Shown: positions 6,842-16,136 of the stretch, piece by piece
Numbering within the stretch: the stretch's first letter is position 1
Layout: each line of letters begins with the position of its first letter
Virus record (IMG/VR): IMGVR_UViG_3300014613_000063
Location: 1 to 33,137 of that record
Origin: a virus
Taxonomy: Duplodnaviria; Caudoviricetes
DNA length: 33,137 nucleotides
Strand: one strand, 5' to 3'
Notes under the pieces: model-generated
Told to the model about the DNA's origin: nothing
Database searches by the model: none
What the model saw: the letters and a program-made list of their open reading frames with translations, nothing else
Translations under genes and position numbers: made by a program

Positions 6842-6911
6842 GACCGGTCCAACTCCCTCGCCTGTGACCGTCGTAACAACTGGAATGGGAGTGAAAGGGA
6901 CTGGACCGGTC
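6842..6911 (+). promoter_or_regulatory. structured GC-rich leader RNA candidate
   Basis: Perfect 10-bp closing stem GACCGGTCCA / TGGACCGGTC with alternative inner pairings, 23 nt upstream of ATG 6935. Confidence 0.55.
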
Positions 6912-6934
6912 ATCCATTTAACGGGAGAACGAAT

Positions 6935-7615
6935 ATGCACAATAGTGGCGAATGCAAAGAAACAAATCCCAAAGACGTGATTGGAATGAAAAAAGCTCCA
7001 CTATCTACATTATCTGGACCTGTATTATTTGAAATGGGATTAGGAATGTTAGAAGGGGCCAGAAAATATGGAAGACAAAATTATCGAGTAATGGGGGTCA
7101 GTGCTTCTGTATATTATGATGCTGCCATGGGGCATCTTATAGATTGGTTTGAAGGAGAAGATATTGACGAAGATAGTGGACTGAGCCATGTTACAAAAGC
7201 TCTAACAACTTTATTAACTCTGCGTGATTCGATGTTAATGGGGAATTGGGTAGATGATCGGCCTGTGCGAAATCCGAATAAACTTTATAAGAAACACTTT
7301 AATCTTAAAGCCGCAGCGATTATAGAAAAATATCCAGATTGTGTTACCCCTTTCCTTGAAAAAGATCAACAACCAGATGAGTTTATCTGTCCCCCAGAAT
7401 GGAGAATAGAACTCAATGATGGTAACGGAGATGATGATTGTGGATGGGGTGTTCAATTACAATTCGACTTGCCAGATTATTGTTTACAAAAAGACCTCAA
7501 ACTTCATAGTCATACAGGTTGGCAACCAGGTCATAAATTCGGTGAAGCCCCTGGTTACTGGCCGACTAAAAAAGCCGCAGAGGATGCACTGAAACAGTAT
7601 TTGGGGAACAAATAA
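6935..7615 (+). CDS. dATP/dGTP diphosphohydrolase domain protein (DUF5664-type) with an extra C-terminal domain
   Basis: TNPKDVIGMKKAPLS...GMLEGARKYGRQNYR...SVYYDAAMGHL..WFEGEDIDEDSGLSHVTKA...DDRP. Confidence 0.85.
   Translation: MHNSGECKETNPKDVIGMKKAPLSTLSGPVLFEMGLGMLEGARKYGRQNYRVMGVSASVYYDAAMGHLIDWFEGEDIDEDSGLSHVTKALTTLLTLRDSMLMGNWVDDRPVRNPNKLYKKHFNLKAAAIIEKYPDCVTPFLEKDQQPDEFICPPEWRIELNDGNGDDDCGWGVQLQFDLPDYCLQKDLKLHSHTGWQPGHKFGEAPGYWPTKKAAEDALKQYLGNK
7541..7603 (+). repeat. exact 63-bp direct repeat, copy 1
   Basis: Identical to 22395-22457. Encodes GEAPGYWPTKKAAEDALKQYL. Confidence 0.95.
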
Positions 7616-7902
7616 TGGATTGGTCAGACGTGATCAACGGAATATTTGAACTTCTCGGTGGTTTATTCATCACGCTTAGTTGCATTAAGCTTTATCGAGA
7701 TAAAAAAGTCCGGGGTGTTAGTCTCATACATATAGGTTATTTTACATTGTGGGGCTACTGGAATATTCATTATTATACAAATCTTAATCAGTGGCTTAGT
7801 TTTGCTGGTAGTTTAACAGTGACGTTAGTAAATACAGTATGGTTAGCGATGCTAATCTATTATATAAAGAGAGAACGAAATGATAAAAATCGTGTTTCTT
7901 GA
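7615..7902 (+). CDS. PQ-loop/SemiSWEET-like three-TM membrane protein
   Basis: 95 aa with three hydrophobic segments. The loop IKLYRDKKVRGVS resembles the PQ-loop Q-x2-K-x2-R-x-K-S-x2-G-x-S pattern, but the PQ dipeptide itself is absent. Confidence 0.65.
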   Translation: MDWSDVINGIFELLGGLFITLSCIKLYRDKKVRGVSLIHIGYFTLWGYWNIHYYTNLNQWLSFAGSLTVTLVNTVWLAMLIYYIKRERNDKNRVS

Positions 7903-8431
7903 TATGGATGGTGTGCTTTCTAATTTTCATAAAGGCGTACACAAAGTATTTGGAAAACCTTATATCTATAATAGTTTAGCATTACGACGATATGATTTTT
8001 GGGAAAATTGGAATCCGCCAATAACACGGGATATGGTTGATTCAATTTGTACTACATCATTCTGGCGAAACCTTGAATGGATGCACGATGGATTTGATAT
8101 TTTACAAATAATTCGTAGTAAATTTATTGCAGAACAAGTTTACTTACTCACCGTACCGATGCCTAATGTTGAATCCCCTACCGGCAAATGGTTATGGGTA
8201 CGTGATAAAATGCCAGCAATTTACCTGAAACAAACAATCATCACCCAAGCTCCAAAACACCTGTTAGCCCGACCTGATACACTTCTTATCGACGATAAAG
8301 ATCAGAATATAGATGAATTTATTAAGGCTGGTGGTCAAGGGTGTTTAGTCCCGCGTCCGTGGAATCGTGCACATCTTCATGCAGATCGAACAGTTGAAGT
8401 AGTTAAAAACTTTTTGGAGGATTTAGAATGA
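7880..8431 (+). CDS. HAD-superfamily 5'(3')-deoxyribonucleotidase (NT5C-like)
   Basis: FLDMDGVL motif I, FWRNL, YLLT, GKWLWV, LLIDDK, PWNR. Confidence 0.9.
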   Translation: MIKIVFLDMDGVLSNFHKGVHKVFGKPYIYNSLALRRYDFWENWNPPITRDMVDSICTTSFWRNLEWMHDGFDILQIIRSKFIAEQVYLLTVPMPNVESPTGKWLWVRDKMPAIYLKQTIITQAPKHLLARPDTLLIDDKDQNIDEFIKAGGQGCLVPRPWNRAHLHADRTVEVVKNFLEDLE

Positions 8432-9123
8432 GTAAAATCTTAGTTATCGGTGACTTACATCTGCCGTGGGACCGCAAAGGCTATCGTCAGTTCTGTATCG
8501 ATTTGTATGAACAATGGGATTGCGATCAAGTTATATTTATCGGCGACGTGATTGATCTTCATGCTATTTCATTTCACCAAAAAGAACCTGGATGCCCTGG
8601 TCCTGTAGAAGAATATAGACGCGCTAAAACTGCTGTTAAAGCATGGCATGATGTGTTTCCAAAAGCTATAGTTACATTAGGCAATCACGATAAACGTATC
8701 ATACGTCGGGCTAAGAGTGTAGACATCCCGGATATATTTATTAAATCGTATAATCAAATATGGGAGACGCCTGGATGGAAATGGAAAGAAGATCATGTGG
8801 TGAATGATATTTATTTTTATCACGGAACCGGGCAAGGTGGCAAATACCCAGCGTCAAATGCGGTTAGTAAATTACTCATGACAGTAGTAATGGGCCATAA
8901 TCATACTGCATCAGGTGTAAAATATTATGCTAATCCAATGCGTAGAATAGTAGCTGTGGATACTGGATGTGGTATTGATGATAAAGCATTAGCCTTTGCA
9001 TACGGTATGGATCTAAAACAGCGTAGTATTATCAGTGCTGTCGTTATTATAGATGGTGTACCTTATGTAGAACCTATGCCGTGTGGACGGTATGAAAAAT
9101 ATCACGATTCGAGGTTCAAATGA
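8428..9123 (+). CDS. calcineurin-like metallophosphoesterase
   Basis: GDLH, GDVID, GNHD, HG and GHNH motifs. Confidence 0.9.
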   Translation: MSKILVIGDLHLPWDRKGYRQFCIDLYEQWDCDQVIFIGDVIDLHAISFHQKEPGCPGPVEEYRRAKTAVKAWHDVFPKAIVTLGNHDKRIIRRAKSVDIPDIFIKSYNQIWETPGWKWKEDHVVNDIYFYHGTGQGGKYPASNAVSKLLMTVVMGHNHTASGVKYYANPMRRIVAVDTGCGIDDKALAFAYGMDLKQRSIISAVVIIDGVPYVEPMPCGRYEKYHDSRFK

Positions 9124-9202
9124 GAGAACTATTAGGTTTATGGTTAGCGGTGATAACATTGTGGATAATGTATCATCGCATGGTGACACATAGGAGACAA
9201 TA

Positions 9203-9367
9203 ATGGGCAAGGGTGACACCTATAGACCACACAGTACCACACGTGAAGAACAAGATCTGCGAGAACGTTATGCTCGAACAGACATGACACGTGCTGAGTT
9301 TGATGTTGAATTTGAGAAACTAAAAAGACAAGGTTTAGTCAAGAGAAATGGAAAGGTAATAACATGA
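9203..9367 (+). CDS. small hypothetical protein (54 aa)
   Basis: MGKGDTYRPHSTTREEQDLRERY..., with AGGAG SD and ATGA overlap with the next gene. Confidence 0.6.
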   Translation: MGKGDTYRPHSTTREEQDLRERYARTDMTRAEFDVEFEKLKRQGLVKRNGKVIT

Positions 9368-9738
9368 GAAAAGGTGACATTGTAGTAATTGATACTGGCA
9401 GTTGGTCGAGAACCGTTGAAAATGGTGGACTTACTCATGGTCCAGGTGGTGATAAATATATAAATTGTATTGGTTACATCCGTAAACAATATAAAGTAAT
9501 CGAAACTGGTTGTAGTTTTCCTGCTACCGGCAGTAGTAGATCATGTAACAACACCGTGATCCAAGCCGTTGACTCCGGTAAAGTAGTGTTCATCGAAGAG
9601 CGTTTTCTAAGTTTGGTACCGCCGAAGCATAAAATTGTGGTTGATGTTACTGTGACCCGTCTCGGTGGTATTTACGGCAAAGTAGTTGAAATCTCCGACA
9701 AACTCTATAAGGAAATCAAGAATGAGTCACAAGCCTGA
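9364..9738 (+). CDS. hypothetical protein
   Basis: 124-aa ORF coupled within the operon. Confidence 0.75.
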   Translation: MRKGDIVVIDTGSWSRTVENGGLTHGPGGDKYINCIGYIRKQYKVIETGCSFPATGSSRSCNNTVIQAVDSGKVVFIEERFLSLVPPKHKIVVDVTVTRLGGIYGKVVEISDKLYKEIKNESQA

Positions 9739-9850
9739 GGGTAACAAAACTCACAAACCCAACAAACAAGCCCGACGAGCACGCAAGATGGCTCGTCGGA
9801 AACTGCTCAAAGGGCTAACTGTCCCGTTGCAGGGCGGAAGGAGAAAATAG
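9722..9850 (+). CDS. small very basic peptide (42 aa)
   Basis: [42 protein letters not shown] fills the gap. AAGGA SD. Confidence 0.5.
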   Translation: MSHKPEGNKTHKPNKQARRARKMARRKLLKGLTVPLQGGRRK

Positions 9851-9852
9851 AG

Positions 9853-10215
9853 ATGATTGAAGAACTAATTGGCAAGACACTTATTAAAATCGATAATAAT
9901 GATAACGAAGAAATTATTTTCCACACTTCGGATAATATAGCTTACAGGATGTTACATTATCAAGACTGTTGCGAATCAGTCGCAGTAGAAGATATATGCG
10001 GAGATCTTAATGATTTATTAAACACTCCTATCGTACAGGCATTCGAGAAAACGAATAGTGAAGAAAATCCCCCAGATGTTAAGATAGAGTACCAGGATTC
10101 ATTCACCTGGACATTTTATACTTTAAGCACCATTAAAGGAACTGTAACTATCCGATGGTACGGTGAATCGAACGGTTACTATTCCGAATCAGTCGATGTA
10201 GAAGTAATTAAATGA
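9853..10215 (+). CDS. conserved phage protein (HxQDCCESV family)
   Basis: [18 protein letters not shown]...TWTFY...[20 protein letters not shown], a motif I recall as widespread in phages. Confidence 0.85.
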   Translation: MIEELIGKTLIKIDNNDNEEIIFHTSDNIAYRMLHYQDCCESVAVEDICGDLNDLLNTPIVQAFEKTNSEENPPDVKIEYQDSFTWTFYTLSTIKGTVTIRWYGESNGYYSESVDVEVIK

Positions 10216-12260
10216 TCACTAAAATCCTCGACAATATAAACTGGCCATCTGATGTCCTGCTGCTCGATTTCGAGACATACTTCGATTCAGAATACCATAT
10301 GGGTAAAGACAAGAAAGCCTTATCCATTGTTGAATATGTCACTGATCCTCGGTTTGCTTTTACCGGTCTCGGTGTTCAGATTGGCGGTGTTGGCCAAATG
10401 GGATCAGATAACTATCGAGTAGATTGGTGGGATAATCCGCGATTCATCCCCGGTCCTTATGTACCTTGGGCTATAAAACAATTAAAAAAGAAGTTCGGCA
10501 AAGCATTGCACAACTGTACAGTAATTGCAAAGAATAACAAGTTCGATTGCCTGATTCTGGTTGAAAAATTTGGCATTTTCCCACCATACACTATTGATAT
10601 TGAGGACCTGTCACGTTACCACGATAGTCGTATGAGTCAGAAATTAAGTGACCTGTGTAAATTGTTCAAACTCCCGGCCAAAGGCGATGTTAAGCAATTC
10701 AAAGGACTGTATTGGGAAACGATGACACCAGAACAACAGCAGGCTATGAAAGAATATTGTTTGGGAGATATTAAGAATGAAAAATCGCTTTTGGAAATTT
10801 TATTACCGAAGCTGGATAATCCTGCTACGGAGCTTGATCTGGCTCGTCATACACTTAATTTATATCTTAGACCGGTTCTCAATTTGGATGTTAAACAAGC
10901 TATTCAACTTTCGATGGAAATGGCGGGTGCTTTACAGCGAGATCTGCGAAAAGTTGCGTGGGCCCTGAAATACAGAACTAAAGCAAAACCGAACATCCCA
11001 AAAATAATGCGTGCCAAGAAAATCTTCCTGCAGATTCTTCAAGATATTTTACCTGAAGGCGAAATAGTACCAATGAAGAAAGGCAAGAATAAAATGATCC
11101 CGGCTCTTGCTCAGGACGATATAGCTTTTCAACTTCTCTTAGCACATAAAAATCAAAAAGTGCGTGAACTGTGCCGGGCGAAAGCGGCTTGTTCAAGCTG
11201 GCCATTACATCAGAGCAAAGTCCAACGCATGATAACCCAAACCAAATGTTCTGGTGGATTGATTCGTATGCCGTTGAAATATTATGGTGCCCATACCGGA
11301 CGTTGGTCTGGTTCAGGTGGTTGGAACCCAATGAACCTGGGCGGCAAGGGCCGCGGAAGACCAATCCATCCATTAATAGCACAGGTGCGTAATACATTGA
11401 TGGCACCTGAAGATCATACATTGTTAATAGTTGACAGTGCACAAATTGAACCCCGTGAATTAGCCTGGGTTGCACACCAGGACGATCTTGTGAAAGGGTT
11501 TGCAAATGGCGAAGATATTTATTCTGAGTTCGCTTCGGAATTATTTCAAGCAAAAGTTTGGAAGTCAAGCGAGGAAGAAAAGAAAACTCCTGAAGGCCAA
11601 ACGGCTGATATTAGAAGAGGCTTTGGGAAGGACGCCATACTCGGTTGCGGGTATGGAATGGGGACTAACACCTTTTTTGATCGGTGCCGACAAAATGATA
11701 CTCTCCGTCCCCTCTTCGATAATGGAGAGTACGACTGGAATTTTATTGATAAACTTATTAAAATTTACCGTACCAGATATGCTAACATTCCTGCCTTCTG
11801 GACCGAAATCGAACGATGCTTCCGATGGCCAACCAAATATTCAAGTGAACGGGCTGAATATAAAATATCAGACAATGCTTCCTTGCGATTCTGGCGATCC
11901 GGGACTACTACAAAAATGCGACTCCCATCAGGACGAGTAATGAACTATCGTTTTGCTACAGTATCGCCTAAAGATGATAGTATTAGGTATCTACACGGAC
12001 ATCTTTGGGGCGGATCGATCACGGAGAATCTCATTCAGGCGATGTGTCGTGATCTGTTGGGGTATTGGTTGTTATGTTGTGAACGGTGCGGAATTAAGAT
12101 AGTGTTACATTCATATGATGAACTTGTAGGGTGTGTACCAACAGAAGAAGCTGGATATAGTTTAGCTACAATGATTAACATAATGGAACAAGGTCCAACT
12201 TGGGCTAAAGGATTGCCGTTGGCAGCCGAAGGACAGATTAGTGAAAGGTATTGTAAATGA
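10212..12260 (+). CDS. phage DNA polymerase, family A, with 3'-5' exonuclease domain
   Basis: ExoI DFETY, ExoIII YCLGD, HTGRWSG, motif A DSAQIEPR, motif [21 protein letters not shown], motif C HSYDE. Confidence 0.95.
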   Translation: MITKILDNINWPSDVLLLDFETYFDSEYHMGKDKKALSIVEYVTDPRFAFTGLGVQIGGVGQMGSDNYRVDWWDNPRFIPGPYVPWAIKQLKKKFGKALHNCTVIAKNNKFDCLILVEKFGIFPPYTIDIEDLSRYHDSRMSQKLSDLCKLFKLPAKGDVKQFKGLYWETMTPEQQQAMKEYCLGDIKNEKSLLEILLPKLDNPATELDLARHTLNLYLRPVLNLDVKQAIQLSMEMAGALQRDLRKVAWALKYRTKAKPNIPKIMRAKKIFLQILQDILPEGEIVPMKKGKNKMIPALAQDDIAFQLLLAHKNQKVRELCRAKAACSSWPLHQSKVQRMITQTKCSGGLIRMPLKYYGAHTGRWSGSGGWNPMNLGGKGRGRPIHPLIAQVRNTLMAPEDHTLLIVDSAQIEPRELAWVAHQDDLVKGFANGEDIYSEFASELFQAKVWKSSEEEKKTPEGQTADIRRGFGKDAILGCGYGMGTNTFFDRCRQNDTLRPLFDNGEYDWNFIDKLIKIYRTRYANIPAFWTEIERCFRWPTKYSSERAEYKISDNASLRFWRSGTTTKMRLPSGRVMNYRFATVSPKDDSIRYLHGHLWGGSITENLIQAMCRDLLGYWLLCCERCGIKIVLHSYDELVGCVPTEEAGYSLATMINIMEQGPTWAKGLPLAAEGQISERYCK

Positions 12261-12418
12261 TCGGGCAAACAAATGTTGATTTACTGTGGTTGGAAATATG
12301 GGGATCACATTGGTCTTTTCAAAAATGGTTGACCCCGGAACAGGCTGACATAGCAGAAGAAGAAATGTTGCAAGAGTTACAAGAATGCGTAGATAGAGCA
12401 GAAAGGACGTTTGGATGA
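12257..12418 (+). CDS. small hypothetical protein (53 aa)
   Basis: [38 protein letters not shown]..., with ATGA overlaps at both ends. Confidence 0.6.
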   Translation: MIGQTNVDLLWLEIWGSHWSFQKWLTPEQADIAEEEMLQELQECVDRAERTFG

Positions 12419-12678
12419 ACCGTCGGACCTTTCTTAAATCTATAACTGCTGCATGTGGGGCCGCTGTTGTGTGCCCTGGTAGGTTGTTGAAACGGATAAA
12501 ACATACTTTTATATGGGTTCCCCCCAATAAAAAAATGCCTACACATCGAATTAAAGTTAGATATAAAGGAACAGAACCTTTACTGGCCGGGGAACCTGTA
12601 ATTTGGGGAGATGAAGAAAAAACCTTTGTAGTAAAAGCGATTTTCGCAGGAGTTATAAGTGAAACGCATCAAACATAA
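12415..12678 (+). CDS. small protein with a twin-arginine (Tat)-like signal
   Basis: N-terminus MNRRTFLKSITAACGAAVVCP. Confidence 0.7.
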   Translation: MNRRTFLKSITAACGAAVVCPGRLLKRIKHTFIWVPPNKKMPTHRIKVRYKGTEPLLAGEPVIWGDEEKTFVVKAIFAGVISETHQT

Positions 12679-12841
12679 AACATTCAAACACCACATAGAC
12701 CTAATCCGTTATGCGGTCCGGCGTGCGATTCATCGGTGTGATGTAATAGAACCTGAAGCACATGCTGAGAGACTTATGGCGTATCTGAAGAAAACTAATT
12801 GGTTGGAATGGGTACGGCAGAAGTTGAGGAGAGCGAGATGA
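12659..12841 (+). CDS. small basic hypothetical protein
   Basis: GTG start behind an AGGAG SD, overlapping both neighbours. Confidence 0.55.
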   Translation: MKRIKHKTFKHHIDLIRYAVRRAIHRCDVIEPEAHAERLMAYLKKTNWLEWVRQKLRRAR

Positions 12842-13299
12842 AACGCCGAACCAAACTCCAAAAATTCAATGACCTGGCCAACGCCATAGGTCAGATCCGA
12901 AGGGGAGAAAGAGTGAAGCGGATCGGGGCTAAAGATGGTTCAATACGAACACATCCAGTAGTGCCGGTAGATCCTAAGAAACTTGAACATGAAGTTCTCG
13001 CTGATTGTTTAAGTTGGTTAATAGAACATAGGGTATTTTGTAACAGGCATGATGCGGCTACGCTTCAAAACGACCGTAGACAATATGGCACATATGGAAT
13101 AAAGGGATCAGGTGACATCCATGGTATGCTTAAACAACATGGGGGTAAACACTTTGAAATTGAAACCAAACGTGGATCAGGTGGTACATTAAGCGAAGGA
13201 CAACAAAAACGGATGAAAGAAGTTCGTGATAATAATGGATTGTATTTTGTGGTTCATGGTGTTAAGGAATTGGAATATTTTATGGGAGAATGGGTATGA
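12838..13299 (+). CDS. VRR-NUC family PD-(D/E)XK nuclease (resolvase-like)
   Basis: LEHEVL...GSGDIHG...FEIETKRGSGGTLSEGQQKRM...GLYFVV. Start taken at ATGA 12838. Confidence 0.85.
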   Translation: MKRRTKLQKFNDLANAIGQIRRGERVKRIGAKDGSIRTHPVVPVDPKKLEHEVLADCLSWLIEHRVFCNRHDAATLQNDRRQYGTYGIKGSGDIHGMLKQHGGKHFEIETKRGSGGTLSEGQQKRMKEVRDNNGLYFVVHGVKELEYFMGEWV

Positions 13300-13631
13300 A
13301 AATCGAACATATTGATATTATTAAAGTATGTATTGAAAATATTTGTAAAAACTACAATGTTCTTGCCGATCTTCATATAACAGAACCATTACAGAGTCGT
13401 GCTTTCCATGATATTCTTACTGTGTTTGTAGACATTCATACTTGTAGTTCTATTGGTTTTTGTAATACAGAGATAAAAGATTTATTAGAAACAGGGATAA
13501 AATCTAACAAAGATTATAAAAAATTACGTTCATGCGTGCGGATAAAATTAATAAGTGCGATTCGTAGTCTACATGATCTTACAGAAGAAAGCCTACGTAA
13601 TCTGGGGGTCAGAATATGTTCGGAAGATTGA
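13296..13631 (+). CDS. hypothetical protein
   Basis: ORF coupled by ATGA, with GGAG SD. AT-rich. Confidence 0.65.
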   Translation: MKIEHIDIIKVCIENICKNYNVLADLHITEPLQSRAFHDILTVFVDIHTCSSIGFCNTEIKDLLETGIKSNKDYKKLRSCVRIKLISAIRSLHDLTEESLRNLGVRICSED

Positions 13632-13765
13632 TCTGCTGGTGGAAAGGTGAACATGATTGGTCTGAATGGACGGGTCAAAGATATTCAGACGCCCGAACAT
13701 GGTATTGGGTACGAATATGTAATAGGTGTAAGAAAATCAATAGTACATTGGAGAAACCAAAATGA
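13616..13765 (+). CDS. small Cys/His zinc-binding protein (DUF1660-like)
   Basis: MFGRLICWWKGEHDWSEW...RICNRCKK, manual translation. Confidence 0.65.
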   Translation: MFGRLICWWKGEHDWSEWTGQRYSDARTWYWVRICNRCKKINSTLEKPK

Positions 13766-14961
13766 AGAAACTTATTTTATCTGCTTCTTCCATTTCTGCA
13801 TTTAAGGCGTGCCCAATAAGATTTAGAAACGCTTATGTATTAGGGATCCGACCCATTGAAGATAAAGAATCTCAAAGAATAGGTACTTTTTGGCATCAAA
13901 TTTTAGAAATTGCCAGCTTGGTGCCGGGAAGCGAATGTTATTGTGCAACGCCAGCAGCAGGAATAGGTTCACCAGATCCAGAATGTTCAACCTGTCAAGG
14001 CACCGGTAAAGTTCCCGACGACATCATAGAAGCTGTAACTCGTGTGTTGAACAAGGCTTACGAAGGTATAGAGTTTGCTGATCCTACTGCGAAAGAAATC
14101 GAGCGAGTGACATTGCTTCACGCACTTGCTGGTTATCGTTGGTATTATGGCGAGCAACAGGAACCAGTTGTTGCCAGAGAACAATACTTTAGTTTGCCGT
14201 TACTTAACCCCCAGACCGGCTATCCTGTGCCTGATGTGTTTATTGAAGGCAAAATTGATAAGCTAATTGAGATCGCTAATGGCATCGCTGTCAAAGAACA
14301 TAAGTCAACCAGTAAGTCTATTGATCCTGATTCAACTTATTGGGGTCATTTGAACCTCGACACTCAGACTACTATGTATATCTATGCTGCCAGGAGAATG
14401 CAATTTGATGATATGTTGCCGTGTAGCATAATGAGTGCATTAAATCCGCTCATCAACACAGTAAAATACGACGTATATCACAGACCGCAGATTAGTCCGA
14501 AGAAACTCACCCAGGGTGACAGTAAAAAGTTTGTTGAAACTAATGAGTATATGGGGCAGAAGTTTAATATTATATGGGCTGGTGAAAAAGGTGAAGAACC
14601 TGCTGTTAAAGTTAATGACACAGTAGCTGAAATCGAACCCGGCAAAAAAGAAGGCACTTTCGCCATTCGTGAAACTCCTGACATGTTCGGTGCTCGATTG
14701 CTCAAAGACATTACTAAGCGTCCTGAGTTCTACTTCAGGTGTATCGAACTTAGCAAAACTGACGCCGAGCTAAAAGCATTTGAGCAAGAACTTTACGACA
14801 TTGCTAAGAATATGCAGTACATGATCAGATCGGGTAGGTACTATACTAACGAGCACCAATGTGAAACTACTTTTCGATGTGATTATATAGGTCAGTGTTA
14901 TAATCGTGAAACTATTGATCCGGATCACGTTCCAGACGGCATGAAAAGGATTTTCAAATGA
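13762..14961 (+). CDS. PD-(D/E)XK exonuclease, Cas4/RecB-like, with Fe-S-type cysteines
   Basis: SASSISAFKACP, IGTFWHQILE, EGKIDKL, KEHKST, QTTMY, C-terminal C-x5-C-x5-C. Internal CxC...CxxCxGxG insert. Confidence 0.85.
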   Translation: MKKLILSASSISAFKACPIRFRNAYVLGIRPIEDKESQRIGTFWHQILEIASLVPGSECYCATPAAGIGSPDPECSTCQGTGKVPDDIIEAVTRVLNKAYEGIEFADPTAKEIERVTLLHALAGYRWYYGEQQEPVVAREQYFSLPLLNPQTGYPVPDVFIEGKIDKLIEIANGIAVKEHKSTSKSIDPDSTYWGHLNLDTQTTMYIYAARRMQFDDMLPCSIMSALNPLINTVKYDVYHRPQISPKKLTQGDSKKFVETNEYMGQKFNIIWAGEKGEEPAVKVNDTVAEIEPGKKEGTFAIRETPDMFGARLLKDITKRPEFYFRCIELSKTDAELKAFEQELYDIAKNMQYMIRSGRYYTNEHQCETTFRCDYIGQCYNRETIDPDHVPDGMKRIFK

Positions 14962-15398
14962 GAAAAATAAAACTAACACAAGGCAAGTATGCGATTGTAG
15001 ATGATGTTGATTATGAATTAGTATCTAAGCATACATGGTGTGCTAATGAACATCGCAATGGTCGTTGGTATGCCTTAACAAATTTACCATCAAAAAATGG
15101 TAAACATGCTATGATTTCTATGCACCGAATGATTTTAGGTTTGGAAATAGGCGATGGTAAAATAACCGATCATATAAACAGAAATGGCCTTAACAATCGC
15201 AGACATAATTTAAGAATTGTTTCGCCAAGTGAGAACAATAGGAACAAAAGAGGTTATGGCAAAAGTAAACAACGTGGTGTAAGTTGGAATGAGAGAGAAA
15301 AGAAATGGAAAGTAAGAGTTACTATTGGTTCATTTGATGATAAGACCAAAGCTGCACGAGCCTTTAGAAAAGCATGTAAAAAATTAGGATTAATCTAA
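14958..15398 (+). CDS. HNH homing endonuclease with AP2-like tail
   Basis: IKLTQGKYAIVDDVDY, MHRMIL, DHINRNGLNNRRHNLR, GVSW...KW...GSFDDK..AARA. Confidence 0.9.
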   Translation: MRKIKLTQGKYAIVDDVDYELVSKHTWCANEHRNGRWYALTNLPSKNGKHAMISMHRMILGLEIGDGKITDHINRNGLNNRRHNLRIVSPSENNRNKRGYGKSKQRGVSWNEREKKWKVRVTIGSFDDKTKAARAFRKACKKLGLI

Positions 15399-15410
15399 AG
15401 GAGAATTAAA

Positions 15411-16136
15411 ATGACGAAAGTTGAAACCATATTCCAAAAAGAACTATTGTTGATACATGATCCAGACATCAAACAATTTGTCATCACCTGTTTCGACAAA
15501 CTCTGCCCGGACTATTTCTGGACTTGTCCGTGTAGCACATCTGGCAAGTATCACCCGCAAATAGCACTCGGTGTAGGTGGTCTGGTCCGGCATACCAAAC
15601 TTGCCGTATGGTGGGGGATTGAATTACTGCGTGCGTTAGGTACATCATCCGAACTAAAAAACATCGCCCCAGGACAGTTACAAGATGAAGTTGTGGCAAC
15701 ACTTCTGATGCACGATATGGTCAAGAACGGCAAAGGCTTAGATTCAAATGGTCGTCCACTTGAATCCGGTGTAACAGGGACACATGGGGTGACATTAGCA
15801 GCTATGATATTTGATACTGGTTTTGATTTAACAATATCAGAATGGGAGGAAAGAATTTATTATGGAATAGCTTGTCATATGGGGATTTGGACTACTAATT
15901 TTCAGTACAAACCAAACAGTCTAACAAATCCAGTTCATAAAACTTTTGCTAACCTAATTCACCTGGCCGATTATTGTGCCAGTCGTAAAGTAGACGAAAT
16001 ATACTCTAAATTAGAACAGGAGAAACAAAATGACATTACCAAAAACTCCACCACCGAAAAAGTCACTACCCAAGGCCCCCCCTGCCCCGGTGTCCGCCCA
16101 ACCAAAAGCGGCCAAGAAGGAGACACAAAAAGTTAA
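15411..16136 (+). CDS. HD-domain phosphohydrolase
   Basis: STSGKYHP..GGLVRHT, LMHDMVK, THG, CHMG, IHLADY. Confidence 0.85.
   Translation: MTKVETIFQKELLLIHDPDIKQFVITCFDKLCPDYFWTCPCSTSGKYHPQIALGVGGLVRHTKLAVWWGIELLRALGTSSELKNIAPGQLQDEVVATLLMHDMVKNGKGLDSNGRPLESGVTGTHGVTLAAMIFDTGFDLTISEWEERIYYGIACHMGIWTTNFQYKPNSLTNPVHKTFANLIHLADYCASRKVDEIYSKLEQEKQNDITKNSTTEKVTTQGPPCPGVRPTKSGQEGDTKS

Noticed and set aside
6870-6879. GTCGTAACAA, identical to a conserved motif near the 3' end of 16S rRNA
   Set aside because: Only 10 nt with no flanking rRNA similarity, which is compatible with chance.
10777-12546. Alternative-frame and antisense ORFs inside the polymerase (and similar ones within the primase, SSB-like and virion genes)
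   Set aside because: They are fully nested in well-supported genes, with no motifs or ribosome-binding sites.
13660-13690. GTCTGAAT/ATTCAGAC inverted repeat as an ncRNA
   Set aside because: It lies inside a plausible small zinc-binding ORF (13616-13765), and an 8-bp stem alone is weak evidence.
6935-16136. Complete Z-genome (PurZ/DatZ/MazZ) or 7-deazaguanine pathway
   Set aside because: No synthetase or transglycosylase gene is visible, and the HD protein looks YhaM-like rather than DatZ-like. It cannot be claimed from this window.
16030-16136. 107-bp overlap of the HD and Sak4-like genes as a dual-coding signal
   Set aside because: The HD domain is complete before the overlap and the extension is a low-complexity shadow of the Pro/Lys-rich tail, probably from a lost stop.
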